From positions 192,001 to 256,000 of the forward strand of contig CAVQRT010000007.1 in assembly GCA_963715195.1 (NCBI GenBank): a stretch of DNA of 64,000 nucleotides, written 5' to 3'. Below the pieces are notes generated by a model. It did not search any database. It saw nothing but the letters and a program-made list of their open reading frames with translations, and was not told where the DNA came from. Shown piece after piece: positions 50,067 to 60,812 of this stretch. Within the stretch, counting starts at the first letter, position 1; every line of letters starts with the position of its first letter. The position numbers and the translations under genes were made by a program. This DNA comes from Thermodesulfovibrionales bacterium. GTDB taxonomy: Bacteria; Nitrospirota; Thermodesulfovibrionia; Thermodesulfovibrionales; SM23-35.

Positions 50067-51365
50067 TTAGAGGGGTCTTTTGTCGATAACCCGTTTTGCC
50101 TTTCCTTCAGACCTCTCGAGTGTCTGTTTTTCCACCGGTTTTACTTCTAGCGATACGCCCAGCTCAGAGGCAAGTCTGGATTTAATACGCTCGATAAAAT
50201 CTTTCTGCTTCCTGACCTGGTCGAAAAAAATAGACTCGGATACCTCAACGAGAACAGTCATGATATCAACTGATGCCTTTCTTTCAAGGAGGATCTGATA
50301 GTGAGGCTCCCTTCCTTCGATCTCATAGAGCACCGACTCTATTTGAGACGGGAATACTGTTACTCCCCGTATTTTGATCATGTCATCTGTCCGGCCCATA
50401 ACCTTGTTCATCCTGACAAGCGTTCGCCCGCAGGGACAAGGCTCGGTTATGAGGCTTGTCAGATCCCTTGTTCTGAACCGTACTACTGGAAATGCCTCTT
50501 TGGTCAGTGTGGTAATAACCAGTTCTCCTGTCTTCCCCTCAGGCAGCGGCTCGAGGGTTTCGGGATCGATAACCTCGACAAAAAAGTGGTCTTCGTTGAT
50601 GTGGAGACCATTCTGTTCAAGACACTCACCCGCCACGCCCGGGCCCATCACCTCGCTTAACCCGTAGTTGTCAGTCGCAAGAATCTTGAGCTTTTCCTGC
50701 AACTCGGTCCTGATTGTTTCAGACCATGGTTCTGCACCAAAAAGTCCGTATTTCAGCGACAGGGAGTTCACATTCACACCCATTTCAATAATTGCGTCGG
50801 CTACTGCAAGGGCGTAACTTGGCGTGCACATGAGGGCAGTCGTCTTGAAATCCTGCATAATCTTCACCTGCCTCCTGGTGTTAATGCCCGATATGGGTAT
50901 TACCGAAGCACCTATCCGTTCGGCGCCGTAATGCAGGCCCAGGGCACCGGTAAACAGACCGTAATCAAAGGCAATCTGCACAATATCGTTCTGTGTGACA
51001 CCCCCGGCCACAAGAATTCTTGCCGCGAGATTCGACCATATTTTTATATCATTGCGGGTAAATCCGACTGCTGTCGGCATGCCGGTGGTACCAGAAGAGG
51101 CCTGAACCCTGACGACCTCGCGCAGGGGAACGGCAAACATATCGTATGGATAGCTGACCCGTAAATCGTCTTTCGAGGTAAAAGGAAGTTTGCTCACGTC
51201 TTCGAGCGAGCGGAAGGCATCTGGATCAATTCGCAATTCTTCGAATTTTTTCCGGTAAAAAGGCACACTCATATAAACCCTCAATATGGTTGCCTGCAGT
51301 CTCTCAAGCTGCAACTGTTTCAGAGCTTCTCTGCCGATGCATTCTTTTTCACCTTCCCAGTACAT
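50067..51365 (-). CDS. paaK: Phenylacetate-CoA ligase family protein (copy 1)
   Basis: [35 protein letters not shown]. Confidence 0.92.
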   Translation of the reverse strand: MYWEGEKECIGREALKQLQLERLQATILRVYMSVPFYRKKFEELRIDPDAFRSLEDVSKLPFTSKDDLRVSYPYDMFAVPLREVVRVQASSGTTGMPTAVGFTRNDIKIWSNLAARILVAGGVTQNDIVQIAFDYGLFTGALGLHYGAERIGASVIPISGINTRRQVKIMQDFKTTALMCTPSYALAVADAIIEMGVNVNSLSLKYGLFGAEPWSETIRTELQEKLKILATDNYGLSEVMGPGVAGECLEQNGLHINEDHFFVEVIDPETLEPLPEGKTGELVITTLTKEAFPVVRFRTRDLTSLITEPCPCGRTLVRMNKVMGRTDDMIKIRGVTVFPSQIESVLYEIEGREPHYQILLERKASVDIMTVLVEVSESIFFDQVRKQKDFIERIKSRLASELGVSLEVKPVEKQTLERSEGKAKRVIDKRPL

Positions 51366-51392
51366 ACCCTTCCTCCCTGTTATTCAACATGT

Positions 51393-52127
51393 TCAAATCT
51401 CGTAATTGACATCCCTTCCCAAATATGCTCTCTGTACATCCCTATTTAAAAGGAGGTCTTCTGCAGGACCCTGCAGTATTATTCTCCCTGTTTCCAGAAC
51501 ATACCCGGTATGCGCGATCCTCAGTGCACTTCTCGCATTCTGCTCGACCAGGAGCACAGTAAGACCATACGTGTTTCTCAACTCAACAATATACCGGAAG
51601 ATCTCCTTGATGACAATTGGCGCAAGCCCCATGCTCGGTTCATCAAGCAACAGTAATTTCGGCTTTGCCATTAAGGCACGGCCAATAGCGAGCATCTGCT
51701 GCTCACCGCCTGAAAGGGTTCCGGCAAGCTGTTTCTTCCGTTTCTTTAAAATAGGGAAAATGGTGTAAATCATCTCCATATCGCCCTTTATTTCTGAACG
51801 GTTTTTCAGGGAATACCGGTTAAATGAACCGAGCAGCAGATTATCTTCGACAGTCAGCGGCTTAAAAACAAGACGCCCCTCGGGGACGTGGGAGATACCG
51901 TTTTTTACAATCGCATCAGGACTTTGCCTGGAAATATCAAGATCATTGAAGACCAGACTTCCACTGGCAGACCGCATCAGTCCTGAGATCGTGCGCAGGA
52001 GGGTTGTTTTCCCTGCTCCATTCCCCCCGATCAAAGTAACAATCTCTCCCTGATTCACGTGAAGGGAAACCCTTTTAATCGTATGTATCTTTCCGTAAAA
52101 GACGTCCACATTCTTAAGGATGAGCAC
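51393..52127 (-). CDS. livF: Branched-chain-type ABC transporter ATPase
   Basis: GGNGAGKT, VPEGR.VF, LSGGEQQM, DEPS.GLAP, VEQN. Confidence 0.92.
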   Translation of the reverse strand: MLILKNVDVFYGKIHTIKRVSLHVNQGEIVTLIGGNGAGKTTLLRTISGLMRSASGSLVFNDLDISRQSPDAIVKNGISHVPEGRLVFKPLTVEDNLLLGSFNRYSLKNRSEIKGDMEMIYTIFPILKKRKKQLAGTLSGGEQQMLAIGRALMAKPKLLLLDEPSMGLAPIVIKEIFRYIVELRNTYGLTVLLVEQNARSALRIAHTGYVLETGRIILQGPAEDLLLNRDVQRAYLGRDVNYEI

Positions 52128-52902
52128 TGTATCCTCCCGGGATTATCTCTTCATCTCCGAGATATGCAATAATTACATCCCGATTTTTCTGAACCTCGAG
52201 TGGTGTTCCATCGGCTATTACTTCACCAAAGTTGAGGACGGTTACCGAGTCGCTTATCCTCATCACAAGGTCCATATCATGCTCAACAAGGACTATCGTT
52301 ATCTTTAACTCATCCCGTATTTTCCTGATGACATCCCCCAGATTGCGTGTCTCCCGTATATTTAATCCGGCAGCTGGTTCGTCGAGGAGAACGAGCCGTG
52401 GTTCAGTCGCTAAAGCTCTCCCGATTTCCAGAATCCTTTGTTCGCCGATGGGCAGACTTGAAGCATTCTCATCTTTTCGATAAGCAAGATTGATATACTC
52501 CAGAATCTCCTCACTCTTCTTGCGTATTACCGCTTCTTCCCTGCCAACTGCTGGAAGCTTCAGTCCCGAAGAAAAGAAGCCGTACCCGGTCTTTGCATAC
52601 CGTCCGACCATAATATTTTCAAGAACGGTCATGTTCACGAATAATTCGACATGCTGAAAGGTGCGCGAAATGCCCTTTCTGGCAACCGTCTTCGAATCAA
52701 GATGATCAATTTTTTCCCCCAAAAACAGAACCTCGCCACCGTCGGGTTGATAGATGCCACTCACAATATTGAGCAGGGTGGTTTTACCCGCACCATTCGG
52801 CCCGATGAGTGCTTTGATGTCGCCCTCCATTACCTCAAAACTGACGTTGCTCAGGGCCTTCAGTCCCCCGAAGCTTTTCTGTACTGCTTTAATGCTTAGC
52901 AA
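52114..52902 (-). CDS. livG: Branched-chain-type ABC transporter ATPase
   Basis: GPNGAGKT, RTFQ, DEPAAGL, VEHDM. Confidence 0.92.
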   Translation of the reverse strand: MLSIKAVQKSFGGLKALSNVSFEVMEGDIKALIGPNGAGKTTLLNIVSGIYQPDGGEVLFLGEKIDHLDSKTVARKGISRTFQHVELFVNMTVLENIMVGRYAKTGYGFFSSGLKLPAVGREEAVIRKKSEEILEYINLAYRKDENASSLPIGEQRILEIGRALATEPRLVLLDEPAAGLNIRETRNLGDVIRKIRDELKITIVLVEHDMDLVMRISDSVTVLNFGEVIADGTPLEVQKNRDVIIAYLGDEEIIPGGYSAHP

Positions 52903-53839
52903 CAGCGGATCCTCGCGTTCTCTTTATGGTTTCTATCAGAATAGGGACGACTCCCTTTCTGAAAAACATGAGGGACATGGTCAAAATCAAGCCGTAAACC
53001 AGCACATCAAGCTCTTCGAATTTCCTTAAAAGTTCAGGTAACACCGTAATAACCACTGCACCGAAGACCGCACCCCACACATTCGTAATCCCTCCCACAA
53101 TCACCATCGTGAGTACCAAGATTGAGTAGAACAGTGAAAAACTGCTCGGGCTGACAAATGTTACATAGTGTGCATAAAGACTGCCGGCAAGCGAAGCGTA
53201 TACCGCGCTCAGGACAAAGACCTTTATCTTTAATGCGACAACATTGAGCCCCATAGCGTTGCATGCCAGCTCACTGTCGTGGATAGCTCTCAACGCCCTT
53301 CCTGAACCTGAACCAAGCAGGTTTACAGAGAAGGACATCACCACAGCGACAATGGCCCATATGAGATAGAAGTAGCCTGTTGTTGAATCTATCGTATATC
53401 CCATGAAGCCGAAATGCGGGATATCGCCGAAACCTGAAGGGCCGCCTGGCCCCCATTCATTGAGGATGATGTAAATAATCTCTCCAAAACCGAGGGTGGC
53501 TACTGCCAGGTAATGCCCTTTTAATCTCAGGGCAGGAACCGCCAGTATGACCGCAGCAAAAGCGGCAACAATCATTGCACAGATGACACTGAAAATTGGG
53601 GGAATCCCGGCATAGAGGCTGAGAACAGACGACACATAGGCACCGATCCCGTAAAATCCTGCCTGACCTAATGATATCTGACCCGCATATCCCATGAGTA
53701 TGCATAATCCGATCGCCACCAGTGCGTTTATACCGGAAAAGATTCCTACGGTCAGTATATAAGTGCTCCCTGAGAGAAGAGGCAGGATGATGATGAGCAG
53801 GATAAAAACACTAAAGGCTATCGAATTCCTTCTTTTCAC
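52889..53839 (-). CDS. livM: Branched-chain-type ABC transporter permease
   Basis: GYAGQISLGQA.F, L.G.YLA.ATL, GRALRAI.D.E. Confidence 0.9.
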   Translation of the reverse strand: MKRRNSIAFSVFILLIIILPLLSGSTYILTVGIFSGINALVAIGLCILMGYAGQISLGQAGFYGIGAYVSSVLSLYAGIPPIFSVICAMIVAAFAAVILAVPALRLKGHYLAVATLGFGEIIYIILNEWGPGGPSGFGDIPHFGFMGYTIDSTTGYFYLIWAIVAVVMSFSVNLLGSGSGRALRAIHDSELACNAMGLNVVALKIKVFVLSAVYASLAGSLYAHYVTFVSPSSFSLFYSILVLTMVIVGGITNVWGAVFGAVVITVLPELLRKFEELDVLVYGLILTMSLMFFRKGVVPILIETIKRTRGSAVAKH

Positions 53840-53851
53840 ACATAATACCTC

Positions 53852-53897
53852 AAATCCTCCCTTCCCCTTCTTTTCTAAAGGGGGAACCGGGGGGATT
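53852..53897. repeat. C-rich/G-rich short palindromic intergenic element
   Basis: AATCCTCCC-TTCCCCTT..AAAGGGGGAA-CCGGGGGGATT nested inverted repeat between livH and livM. Confidence 0.6.
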
Positions 53898-53948
53898 ACT
53901 CAGTTTCATGTTTCTTGGTATTTTTTCGACAGGAGTATGTTTCATATG

Positions 53949-54836
53949 CTAAAACTTTCTCAACTGCTGCATGGTCTTGCTGACAAATATTCCTGATGGC
54001 CTGTAAAAAAGAATCAGCAGCAGAATGATCAGTGCGACCGCATCTTTTAATCCTGAATGAAGGTATCCGGCTGTCATGGATTCGAGAATGCCGATCAGGA
54101 ATCCGCCGATGACCGCACCCCGGTTGCTCCCGAGTCCTCCCATGATTGCTGCACAAAATCCTTTTACCGCAAGCATAGGACCCTTGTCGTATTCCATGAG
54201 GGAGATGGGAGTTATCGCCATGCCCCCGATTGCACCTACCATGGCACTCAAGACAAAAGAGAACATGACCATCCTTGACACGTTGACTCCAACCAGTTGA
54301 GCTGCTGTCGGATTTACGGCGCATGCAAGCATGGCTTTTCCGACGATTGTCTTCTTGAAGAAAAAAAATAGTCCAATGATGCAGAGGATGGTAATGCCGA
54401 TAACCCACAGGGTCTGCTGCTGGATGATTGCCCCGTAAATGCTCACCGGTTCACCCTCGGTAAAAGCAGGGTACACGTACGGTTCTTTCCCAAAACTGAA
54501 CATCAATATCCCGCGCAGCACAATTGAAACTGCAATGGTAATCATAATCATCAGCAGGAGATCAGGATTTTTCAACGGCTTAATCGTCAGTCTTTCCATG
54601 AGAAGCCCGACAATGCCTGCACTGATGAGCGTGAATGCTACGGAGACCAAAAATGGGAGATGCAGTGATTCTGAGAAAAACCACATCATGAGTCCGCCAA
54701 TCACGACAAATTCTCCCTGGGCAAGATTTATGATCGAGGTAGCATTATAGGTAATATTAAAACCGATACCGACCAATGCATACACGGCACCGACGGTTAG
54801 GCCTGAGAAAAGGAATTGTAAGAAGACTGTAAGCAA
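53949..54836 (-). CDS. livH: Branched-chain-type ABC transporter permease
   Basis: G..YAL..IG, IN.AQGE, G.AM.A...N..AA.L.G, GGLGS..GA. Confidence 0.9.
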   Translation of the reverse strand: MLTVFLQFLFSGLTVGAVYALVGIGFNITYNATSIINLAQGEFVVIGGLMMWFFSESLHLPFLVSVAFTLISAGIVGLLMERLTIKPLKNPDLLLMIMITIAVSIVLRGILMFSFGKEPYVYPAFTEGEPVSIYGAIIQQQTLWVIGITILCIIGLFFFFKKTIVGKAMLACAVNPTAAQLVGVNVSRMVMFSFVLSAMVGAIGGMAITPISLMEYDKGPMLAVKGFCAAIMGGLGSNRGAVIGGFLIGILESMTAGYLHSGLKDAVALIILLLILFYRPSGIFVSKTMQQLRKF

Positions 54837-54857
54837 AATGTGATATTGCCTGAAGGG

Positions 54858-54885
54858 AATTGAGGGGATTGGTATCCCCTCAATT
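54858..54885. terminator. Hairpin between binding-protein and permease genes
   Basis: AATTGAGGGGAT-TGGT-ATCCCCTCAATT, perfect 12-bp stem. Confidence 0.7.
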
Positions 54886-54896
54886 ATTCAATAAAC

Positions 54897-56057
54897 TTAT
54901 TTTAAGACTTCCCAATCACCGTTTTTCACCACGACCATTTCAAAGGCATCCTTATTCAGACCGCAATGGTCATCCGGTGACATCGTAAATATACCGCCGG
55001 TTCCGGGCCAATCACGGATTTTCGTCTCAATATACTCTCTGATCTTTGCTTTGTCAGGGCCGACATTTTTAAGTGCCTCAACGACCATCATGATGGAATC
55101 ATATGCATGTCCGCCGAATGTGCCCGGCTCGCTCTTGTACCGGGCTTCATAGTCCTGCGTATACTTTTTCAGCAACGCCTTCTGGGGGTGATTATCGGGG
55201 AGTTTCTCCCAAACAACGAGTCTTCCGAGAGGCGCAATGACACCTTCCGCTGCCTTTCCTGCAAGTTCGATGTTTTTCTTGCTTCCCCAGCCGTGGCTCT
55301 GATAGAGTGGGATTCCCATTTTGAGCGCATGCCAGTTTTTTGTAACGATGACCTGCCCTGGTCCAACAGACCAGTTGATGACTCCCTGAGCGCCTGCCGC
55401 CTTTATTTTGACAAGCTGTGTCGTCATATCTGAATCTTTAGGCCCGTATTTCTCGTCAGCGACAATGGTAATGCCATACTGTGGCGCTATATTAAGAAGT
55501 GCTTTTCTGCCTGCGTCACCGAAGCCGGTGGATATGGTGATAATTCCGACCTTTGTGATACCCTGCTTCTTCATGTACCCGTAAATGGCTTCCACAGCAC
55601 TCACGTCATACTGGGGAGTTTTGAATATCCAGGTCCTTTCTTTAGCAGGTTGGGTTATGGGGGCACCGGCTGCACAGGAAAGCAGAAGCGTATTTGCGTT
55701 ATTCATAATCGGGACTAACGCCATTGACTCACCGGTAGTCGATGGTCCGATAATGGCGACGACTTTATCATTTTCAAGAAGTTTTTTTGCAGACAGTACG
55801 GCCTGGGTTTCGTCACTCTTCGTGTCCTCAATGATTATTTCGAGAGGATGTCCGTTGATGCCACCGGATTTGTTGATCTGATCCTGGAGCATGAGTGCGG
55901 TATTTTTTTCAGGTTCTCCCAGGAATGAAGCCGGGCCGGTTACCGCAAAAAGTGCTCCAATCTGATACGGTTCTTTCGCATATGCATTGACTAACATAAG
56001 TAATAGAGACAATACCGCAACAAGAACCACCAAGAATTTCCCCTTTGCTTTTTTCAT
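54897..56057 (-). CDS. ABC substrate-binding protein (LivK/J fold, aromatic-acid-binding-like)
   Basis: Signal peptide; IG.....TGPAS.LG, IN..GGING..L.....D, IIGP; AAGGAGG SD. Confidence 0.9.
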   Translation of the reverse strand: MKKAKGKFLVVLVAVLSLLLMLVNAYAKEPYQIGALFAVTGPASFLGEPEKNTALMLQDQINKSGGINGHPLEIIIEDTKSDETQAVLSAKKLLENDKVVAIIGPSTTGESMALVPIMNNANTLLLSCAAGAPITQPAKERTWIFKTPQYDVSAVEAIYGYMKKQGITKVGIITISTGFGDAGRKALLNIAPQYGITIVADEKYGPKDSDMTTQLVKIKAAGAQGVINWSVGPGQVIVTKNWHALKMGIPLYQSHGWGSKKNIELAGKAAEGVIAPLGRLVVWEKLPDNHPQKALLKKYTQDYEARYKSEPGTFGGHAYDSIMMVVEALKNVGPDKAKIREYIETKIRDWPGTGGIFTMSPDDHCGLNKDAFEMVVVKNGDWEVLK

Positions 56058-56104
56058 GTTCTCCTCCTTTGATTGAATGATTTTAGGATTACTTCTCCCC
56101 GTCG

Positions 56105-56536
56105 TTACAAAGCGGAGAGTTCTTCCCCACTAAGGATCCTCACACCAGCCTTCTGCAATACCTCAATCGACTTCTCGAACTCGTCGAATCGAAAAATAAC
56201 GATGGCATTTTCTCCGCTCTTTTCGACAAAGGCATACATGTATTCCACATTTATTCCTTCATTCTTTATGGTATTGAGGATGCCTGACAGCCCACCAGGC
56301 CTGTCAGGAACTTCGATTGCAACAACCTTTGTCTTCTCAACAGTAAACCCCTGCTCTTTGAGAGCCAGCCGTGCCTTTTCAGTATCATTGACGATGAGGC
56401 GCAATATTCCGAAGTCAGCCGTGTCGGCGAGATAAAGAGCCCGTATATTGATGCCCCCCTGTGACAGAGCACTCGTCACGTCAGCAAGCCTCCCGGATTT
56501 GTTCTCAAGAAATATGGATATCTGTTCAACATTCAT
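56105..56536 (-). CDS. Double-ACT-domain protein (copy 1)
   Basis: [43 protein letters not shown]. Confidence 0.9.
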   Translation of the reverse strand: MNVEQISIFLENKSGRLADVTSALSQGGINIRALYLADTADFGILRLIVNDTEKARLALKEQGFTVEKTKVVAIEVPDRPGGLSGILNTIKNEGINVEYMYAFVEKSGENAIVIFRFDEFEKSIEVLQKAGVRILSGEELSAL

Positions 56537-56713
56537 GGTTGATCTGTGCACAAAAACATGGATACAAAGATTATCACAATTGAAGCAAGAAAACAATATA
56601 AGACACGCTATCGGGAACAACATACTTTTTTGCTTATGTAAAAAAATTTTCAGGATATGATAAAATTGTAAACTTTTTTATACTTTTTATCCTTTTATCC
56701 TGAAAGAGGAACC

Positions 56714-57301
56714 ATGGGAACCACAAACGTACTTTTTGCCGGTGTCGGAGGACAGGGAATCATCCTCGCCAGTAAAATTCTCACCAAATGCGCTTTTGTT
56801 TCCGGATATAGGGTGAAAGAAAGCGAACTTCACGGTATGGCGCAAAGAGGGGGGAGTGTCACAAGCCATGTGCGTTTCGGGGAAGAAGTCTATTCTCCGC
56901 TGATCCAAAGAGGCAAAGCTGATTTTCTCATTGCCCTTGAAGAGCTTGAAGGGTTGCGATACGCTTACTATCTCAAACCGCATGGTAAGGTGATACTCAA
57001 CCGGAAAAAAGTGAAGCCTTCCTTTATGAACCCCTCGTGTGCACCCTATCCGGATGACGTCGCCACTCAACTCACGTCGATGGATTTTGATGTGGATACG
57101 GTAAATGCGTTCGAAATCGCAAACGACCTCGGGAACCCGAAGATGGAGAACATCACCGTGATGGGAGTGCTCTCCCGTTACCTGCCATTCATCATCTCTG
57201 TATGGGAAAGAGTGATCAAGGAATCTGTGCCGGCAAAGACAATCGACATCAACCTAACTGCGTTCAGAAAAGGACGTGATTGTGCCGGGGGCAAAGGATA
57301 A
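56714..57301 (+). CDS. iorB: Indolepyruvate:ferredoxin oxidoreductase beta subunit
   Basis: GVGGQG.ILAS, SE.HGMAQRGGSV.SHVR.G, N..AF..G. Confidence 0.93.
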   Translation: MGTTNVLFAGVGGQGIILASKILTKCAFVSGYRVKESELHGMAQRGGSVTSHVRFGEEVYSPLIQRGKADFLIALEELEGLRYAYYLKPHGKVILNRKKVKPSFMNPSCAPYPDDVATQLTSMDFDVDTVNAFEIANDLGNPKMENITVMGVLSRYLPFIISVWERVIKESVPAKTIDINLTAFRKGRDCAGGKG

Positions 57302-57303
57302 GA

Positions 57304-58596
57304 ATGTTCTGGGAAAAGGAGATCGAAACAATACCTCGAAGGAGTCTGGAAGCCTTGCAATTGAAAAGGCTGCATCAAACTATCCGTCTTGCCCATAAAA
57401 ATATCCCCTTCTATCAGGATAAATTCTCGGACCTGAACATGAAACCTCGGGATATCGTCACGTTAAAAGATATGCAAAAACTTCCCTTCACGTCCCGGGA
57501 AGATCTTCGCGCAAACTACCCGTTCGGTATGCTTGCTGTTGATAAAGAGCAGGTCGTTCGTCTGCATACGTCAAGCGGAACGACCGGAAAACCGAAAGCA
57601 ATCTTTTTTTCGAAGAAAGACATCAATCGGGCTGCGGAACTGATTGCCCGATGCCTGATCATGACAGGAACAACAAAAGGCGATGTGCTCCAGAATATGA
57701 TGACCTACGGTTTGTTCACCGGTGCACTCGTCATGCATTACGGCGCCGAGAAAGCGGGAGTATTGGTAATTCCCGCAGGCCCGGGAAATACCCAGCGACA
57801 GATTGCCTTAATGCAGGATTTCAAATCCACTGCCCTTCATATTACTCCGAGCTACGCTCTCTACCTTGCCAGCGTCATGCATAATGAGGGCATTCATCCA
57901 AAAAGAGAGCTGTTTCTCCGGAGGGCATATCTCGGTTCTGAACCGTACTCTGAGGAAACGAGAAACAAGATCGAACATTTCTTCGGCATCGACGTATACA
58001 ACTCCTATGGCCTGTCTGAAATGAATGGTCCGGGAGTTGCTTTTGAGTGTTTGGAAAAAAACGGAATGCATCTCTGGGAAGACAATTTCATCCTCGAGAT
58101 AATCGATCCGGAAACCAGCGCTCCCGTGCCCGACGGGGAAAAGGGTGAACTGGTCCTCACCACCTTATGCCGTGAAGCTATGCCCATTCTTCGTTACCGC
58201 ACCCGTGATATCGTGACGATCATTCCAGAAAAATGCAGATGCGGTCGGACACACCGCAGGATATCGAGAATCATCGGGAGATCGGATGATATGATTATTA
58301 TCCGTGGAGTTAACATCTTCCCCCAGCAGATCGAACGAATCTTAATGGGTGTTAAGGCGGTGGCACAAAATTATCAGATCGTCCTGGAGGCGTATGACCA
58401 GATGACCGTGAGGGTTGAGATATCAAAAGATTTATTCGACGGAAGGGTCGAGCATCTCGTAAACCTCCGGAATGAGATAACGGAAAAATTGAGATCGGAA
58501 ATCCTCGTAAGGCCGAAGGTTGAACTCCTGGAACCGGGCACGCTGCCAGTGAGTGAGGGTAAATCAACACGGGTTATCGATAAGAGAACACTGTAA
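57304..58596 (+). CDS. paaK: Phenylacetate-CoA ligase family protein (copy 2)
   Basis: [32 protein letters not shown]. Confidence 0.92.
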   Translation: MFWEKEIETIPRRSLEALQLKRLHQTIRLAHKNIPFYQDKFSDLNMKPRDIVTLKDMQKLPFTSREDLRANYPFGMLAVDKEQVVRLHTSSGTTGKPKAIFFSKKDINRAAELIARCLIMTGTTKGDVLQNMMTYGLFTGALVMHYGAEKAGVLVIPAGPGNTQRQIALMQDFKSTALHITPSYALYLASVMHNEGIHPKRELFLRRAYLGSEPYSEETRNKIEHFFGIDVYNSYGLSEMNGPGVAFECLEKNGMHLWEDNFILEIIDPETSAPVPDGEKGELVLTTLCREAMPILRYRTRDIVTIIPEKCRCGRTHRRISRIIGRSDDMIIIRGVNIFPQQIERILMGVKAVAQNYQIVLEAYDQMTVRVEISKDLFDGRVEHLVNLRNEITEKLRSEILVRPKVELLEPGTLPVSEGKSTRVIDKRTL

Positions 58597-58616
58597 TAAT
58601 GGAAAAGGGGTGCACT

Positions 58617-59060
58617 ATGGAACAATTAAAGCAGATTTCCATCTTCTCCGAAAATAAGCCGGGCAGACTCAGGAAAATCACGAAAGTACTTGCAGAAGAA
58701 GGAGTCAATATCCTCGCAATCAATATCGCCAGCTCCAACGGATTCGGTGTCATCAGGTTCATTGTTGATAAAAGTGACCTGGCATATCAAAAACTCAAAC
58801 AGAAGGGTTTTACCGTCTCCCTCAATGAAGTATTGGCTATTGAACTGGTGGACAGACCCGGAGGATTGTTTGAAGTATCCGCTGTTTTATCAAAGAAGAA
58901 AATCAATATAGAAAACGCATATGTATTGATATTAGGCTCCAGAAAAAAGGCGTTCCTAATAGTGGATGTTCATGATATCGAAAAGGCAAAAAACCTTTTG
59001 AAGCACGAAAATCTGCACTTTTTTACCGCGCAGAAGAGTTTAAAAAGAAAGTTTATATAA
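58617..59060 (+). CDS. Double-ACT-domain protein (copy 2, divergent)
   Basis: [26 protein letters not shown]. Confidence 0.85.
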   Translation: MEQLKQISIFSENKPGRLRKITKVLAEEGVNILAINIASSNGFGVIRFIVDKSDLAYQKLKQKGFTVSLNEVLAIELVDRPGGLFEVSAVLSKKKINIENAYVLILGSRKKAFLIVDVHDIEKAKNLLKHENLHFFTAQKSLKRKFI

Positions 59061-59070
59061 GGAGAGAACC

Positions 59071-60369
59071 ATGATCTGGAATAAAGAAGCAGAATGCATG
59101 CGTATAACGGACAGGAAAAAACTGCAACTTACCAGAATGAAAGCAATTGTCAGACGGGCGTATCAAAATGTGCCTTACTATAAAAAACGGTTTGACGGAG
59201 CAGGTGCCAAACCTTCGGACATACGGTGCCTTGAAGACATAAAAAGACTTCCTTTTACCACCAAAACCGATCTGCGGGAAGGGTACCCGTTCGGATTATT
59301 CGCTGTTCCCCGCAAGGAAATCATCGAGGTGCATACTTCATCAGGAACAACCGGGAAGCCGACCGTATCGGGGTACACGAAGAAAGACATAGAAATCTGG
59401 GGTGAGGTGGTGGCGCGAGCCCTTACCATGTGCGGAGCAACAAAAGAGAGCATCATCCAAAATGGATACGGATACGGCTTGTTTACCGGCGGACTGGGTG
59501 TCCACTACGGGGCCCAGCGAATCGGGGCAACGGTTATTCCCATCTCTGCAGGCCAGACAAAAAGACATCTCGACATTATGCAGGACTTCGGTTCCACCAT
59601 CCTCACCTGCACCCCTTCCTACGCTCTGTATCTGACAGAGGCAGCCGAGGAAGCAGGGATAAACATAAAAAAACTAAAATTGAAAGCGGGCTGCTTCGGG
59701 GCGGAGATGTGGACGGACAGGATGCGGGAAGAGATAGAAAAACGGTTTCACCTGATAGCGCTCAATATTTACGGACTGACTGAGATAATCGGCCCCGGTG
59801 TTGCACAGGAATGCGACCAAAAAAACGGACTCCACATTTTCGAAGATCACTTTTATCCGGAGGTTGTTTCACCCGAAACTCTCGAGCCGCTGCCGGAAGG
59901 AGAAAAGGGGGAACTGGTTCTCAGTACCTTGACCCGTGATGGAATGCCCATGATCCGTTTCAGGACAAGGGATATAACCACGCTGCGGAGAGAACCCTGC
60001 AAATGCGGGAGGACTCTGGTCCGTATGGACCGGATTACCGGACGCACTGATGACATGCTGAAAATTCGGGGCGTTCTGATATTTCCTTCCCAGATCGAGA
60101 AGGCCCTTCTCGAGATCAGGGGAGTAGAGCCGCATTATCAGATCGTCGTCACACGGCCACAGCACCTTGATGAGATAGAGGTGCAGGTCGAGACGTCAAA
60201 GAAGTTATTCTCGGACGAAATCAGGCACCTCGAGGAAGTCAGGAAAAAAATCGCAAAGCATATCGAAAATGCGATCGGTCTGCGGGTGAAGGTCACCCTT
60301 GTTGAACCGAAAACCCTTCCACGCAGCGAGGGCAAGGCAAAGAGGGTTATCGACAAACGCCAACTATAA
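59071..60369 (+). CDS. paaK: Phenylacetate-CoA ligase family protein (copy 3)
   Basis: [47 protein letters not shown]. Confidence 0.93.
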   Translation: MIWNKEAECMRITDRKKLQLTRMKAIVRRAYQNVPYYKKRFDGAGAKPSDIRCLEDIKRLPFTTKTDLREGYPFGLFAVPRKEIIEVHTSSGTTGKPTVSGYTKKDIEIWGEVVARALTMCGATKESIIQNGYGYGLFTGGLGVHYGAQRIGATVIPISAGQTKRHLDIMQDFGSTILTCTPSYALYLTEAAEEAGINIKKLKLKAGCFGAEMWTDRMREEIEKRFHLIALNIYGLTEIIGPGVAQECDQKNGLHIFEDHFYPEVVSPETLEPLPEGEKGELVLSTLTRDGMPMIRFRTRDITTLRREPCKCGRTLVRMDRITGRTDDMLKIRGVLIFPSQIEKALLEIRGVEPHYQIVVTRPQHLDEIEVQVETSKKLFSDEIRHLEEVRKKIAKHIENAIGLRVKVTLVEPKTLPRSEGKAKRVIDKRQL

Positions 60370-60380
60370 AGGAGTGGAAG

Positions 60381-60812
60381 ATGGAGGTAAAACAGATATC
60401 CGTATTTCTGGAGAATAAGAAAGGTAGGTTGTGGGAAGCGATTAACGCACTGGCAAAAGCCCGGATCAACATCAGGGCGCTCTCGATAGCCGATACATCG
60501 GAATTCGGCATCCTGCGTTTAATCGTGCCCGACCCCCAGAAAGCCAAAAAAGTCCTCGGGCAGAGCGGGTTCACCGTAAGAGAAAATGATGTTATTGCAG
60601 TCGGCGTATCCGATAAACCCGGAGGATTGGCAGGCGTTCTGAAGATGTTGACCGATGCCGGTATAAATGTCGAATATCTGTATGCATTCGTTGAAAAAAG
60701 CGGGAAAAAGGCCGTTGTGGTCTTGCGGACCGATAGCATCAGCAAAGGCAAAAAAGTCCTCAAAAAGAACGGCGTTACTGTGCTTTCTCCTCAGCAGGTA
60801 TATAGCCTATAG
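60381..60812 (+). CDS. Double-ACT-domain protein (copy 3)
   Basis: [39 protein letters not shown]. Confidence 0.9.
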   Translation: MEVKQISVFLENKKGRLWEAINALAKARINIRALSIADTSEFGILRLIVPDPQKAKKVLGQSGFTVRENDVIAVGVSDKPGGLAGVLKMLTDAGINVEYLYAFVEKSGKKAVVVLRTDSISKGKKVLKKNGVTVLSPQQVYSL

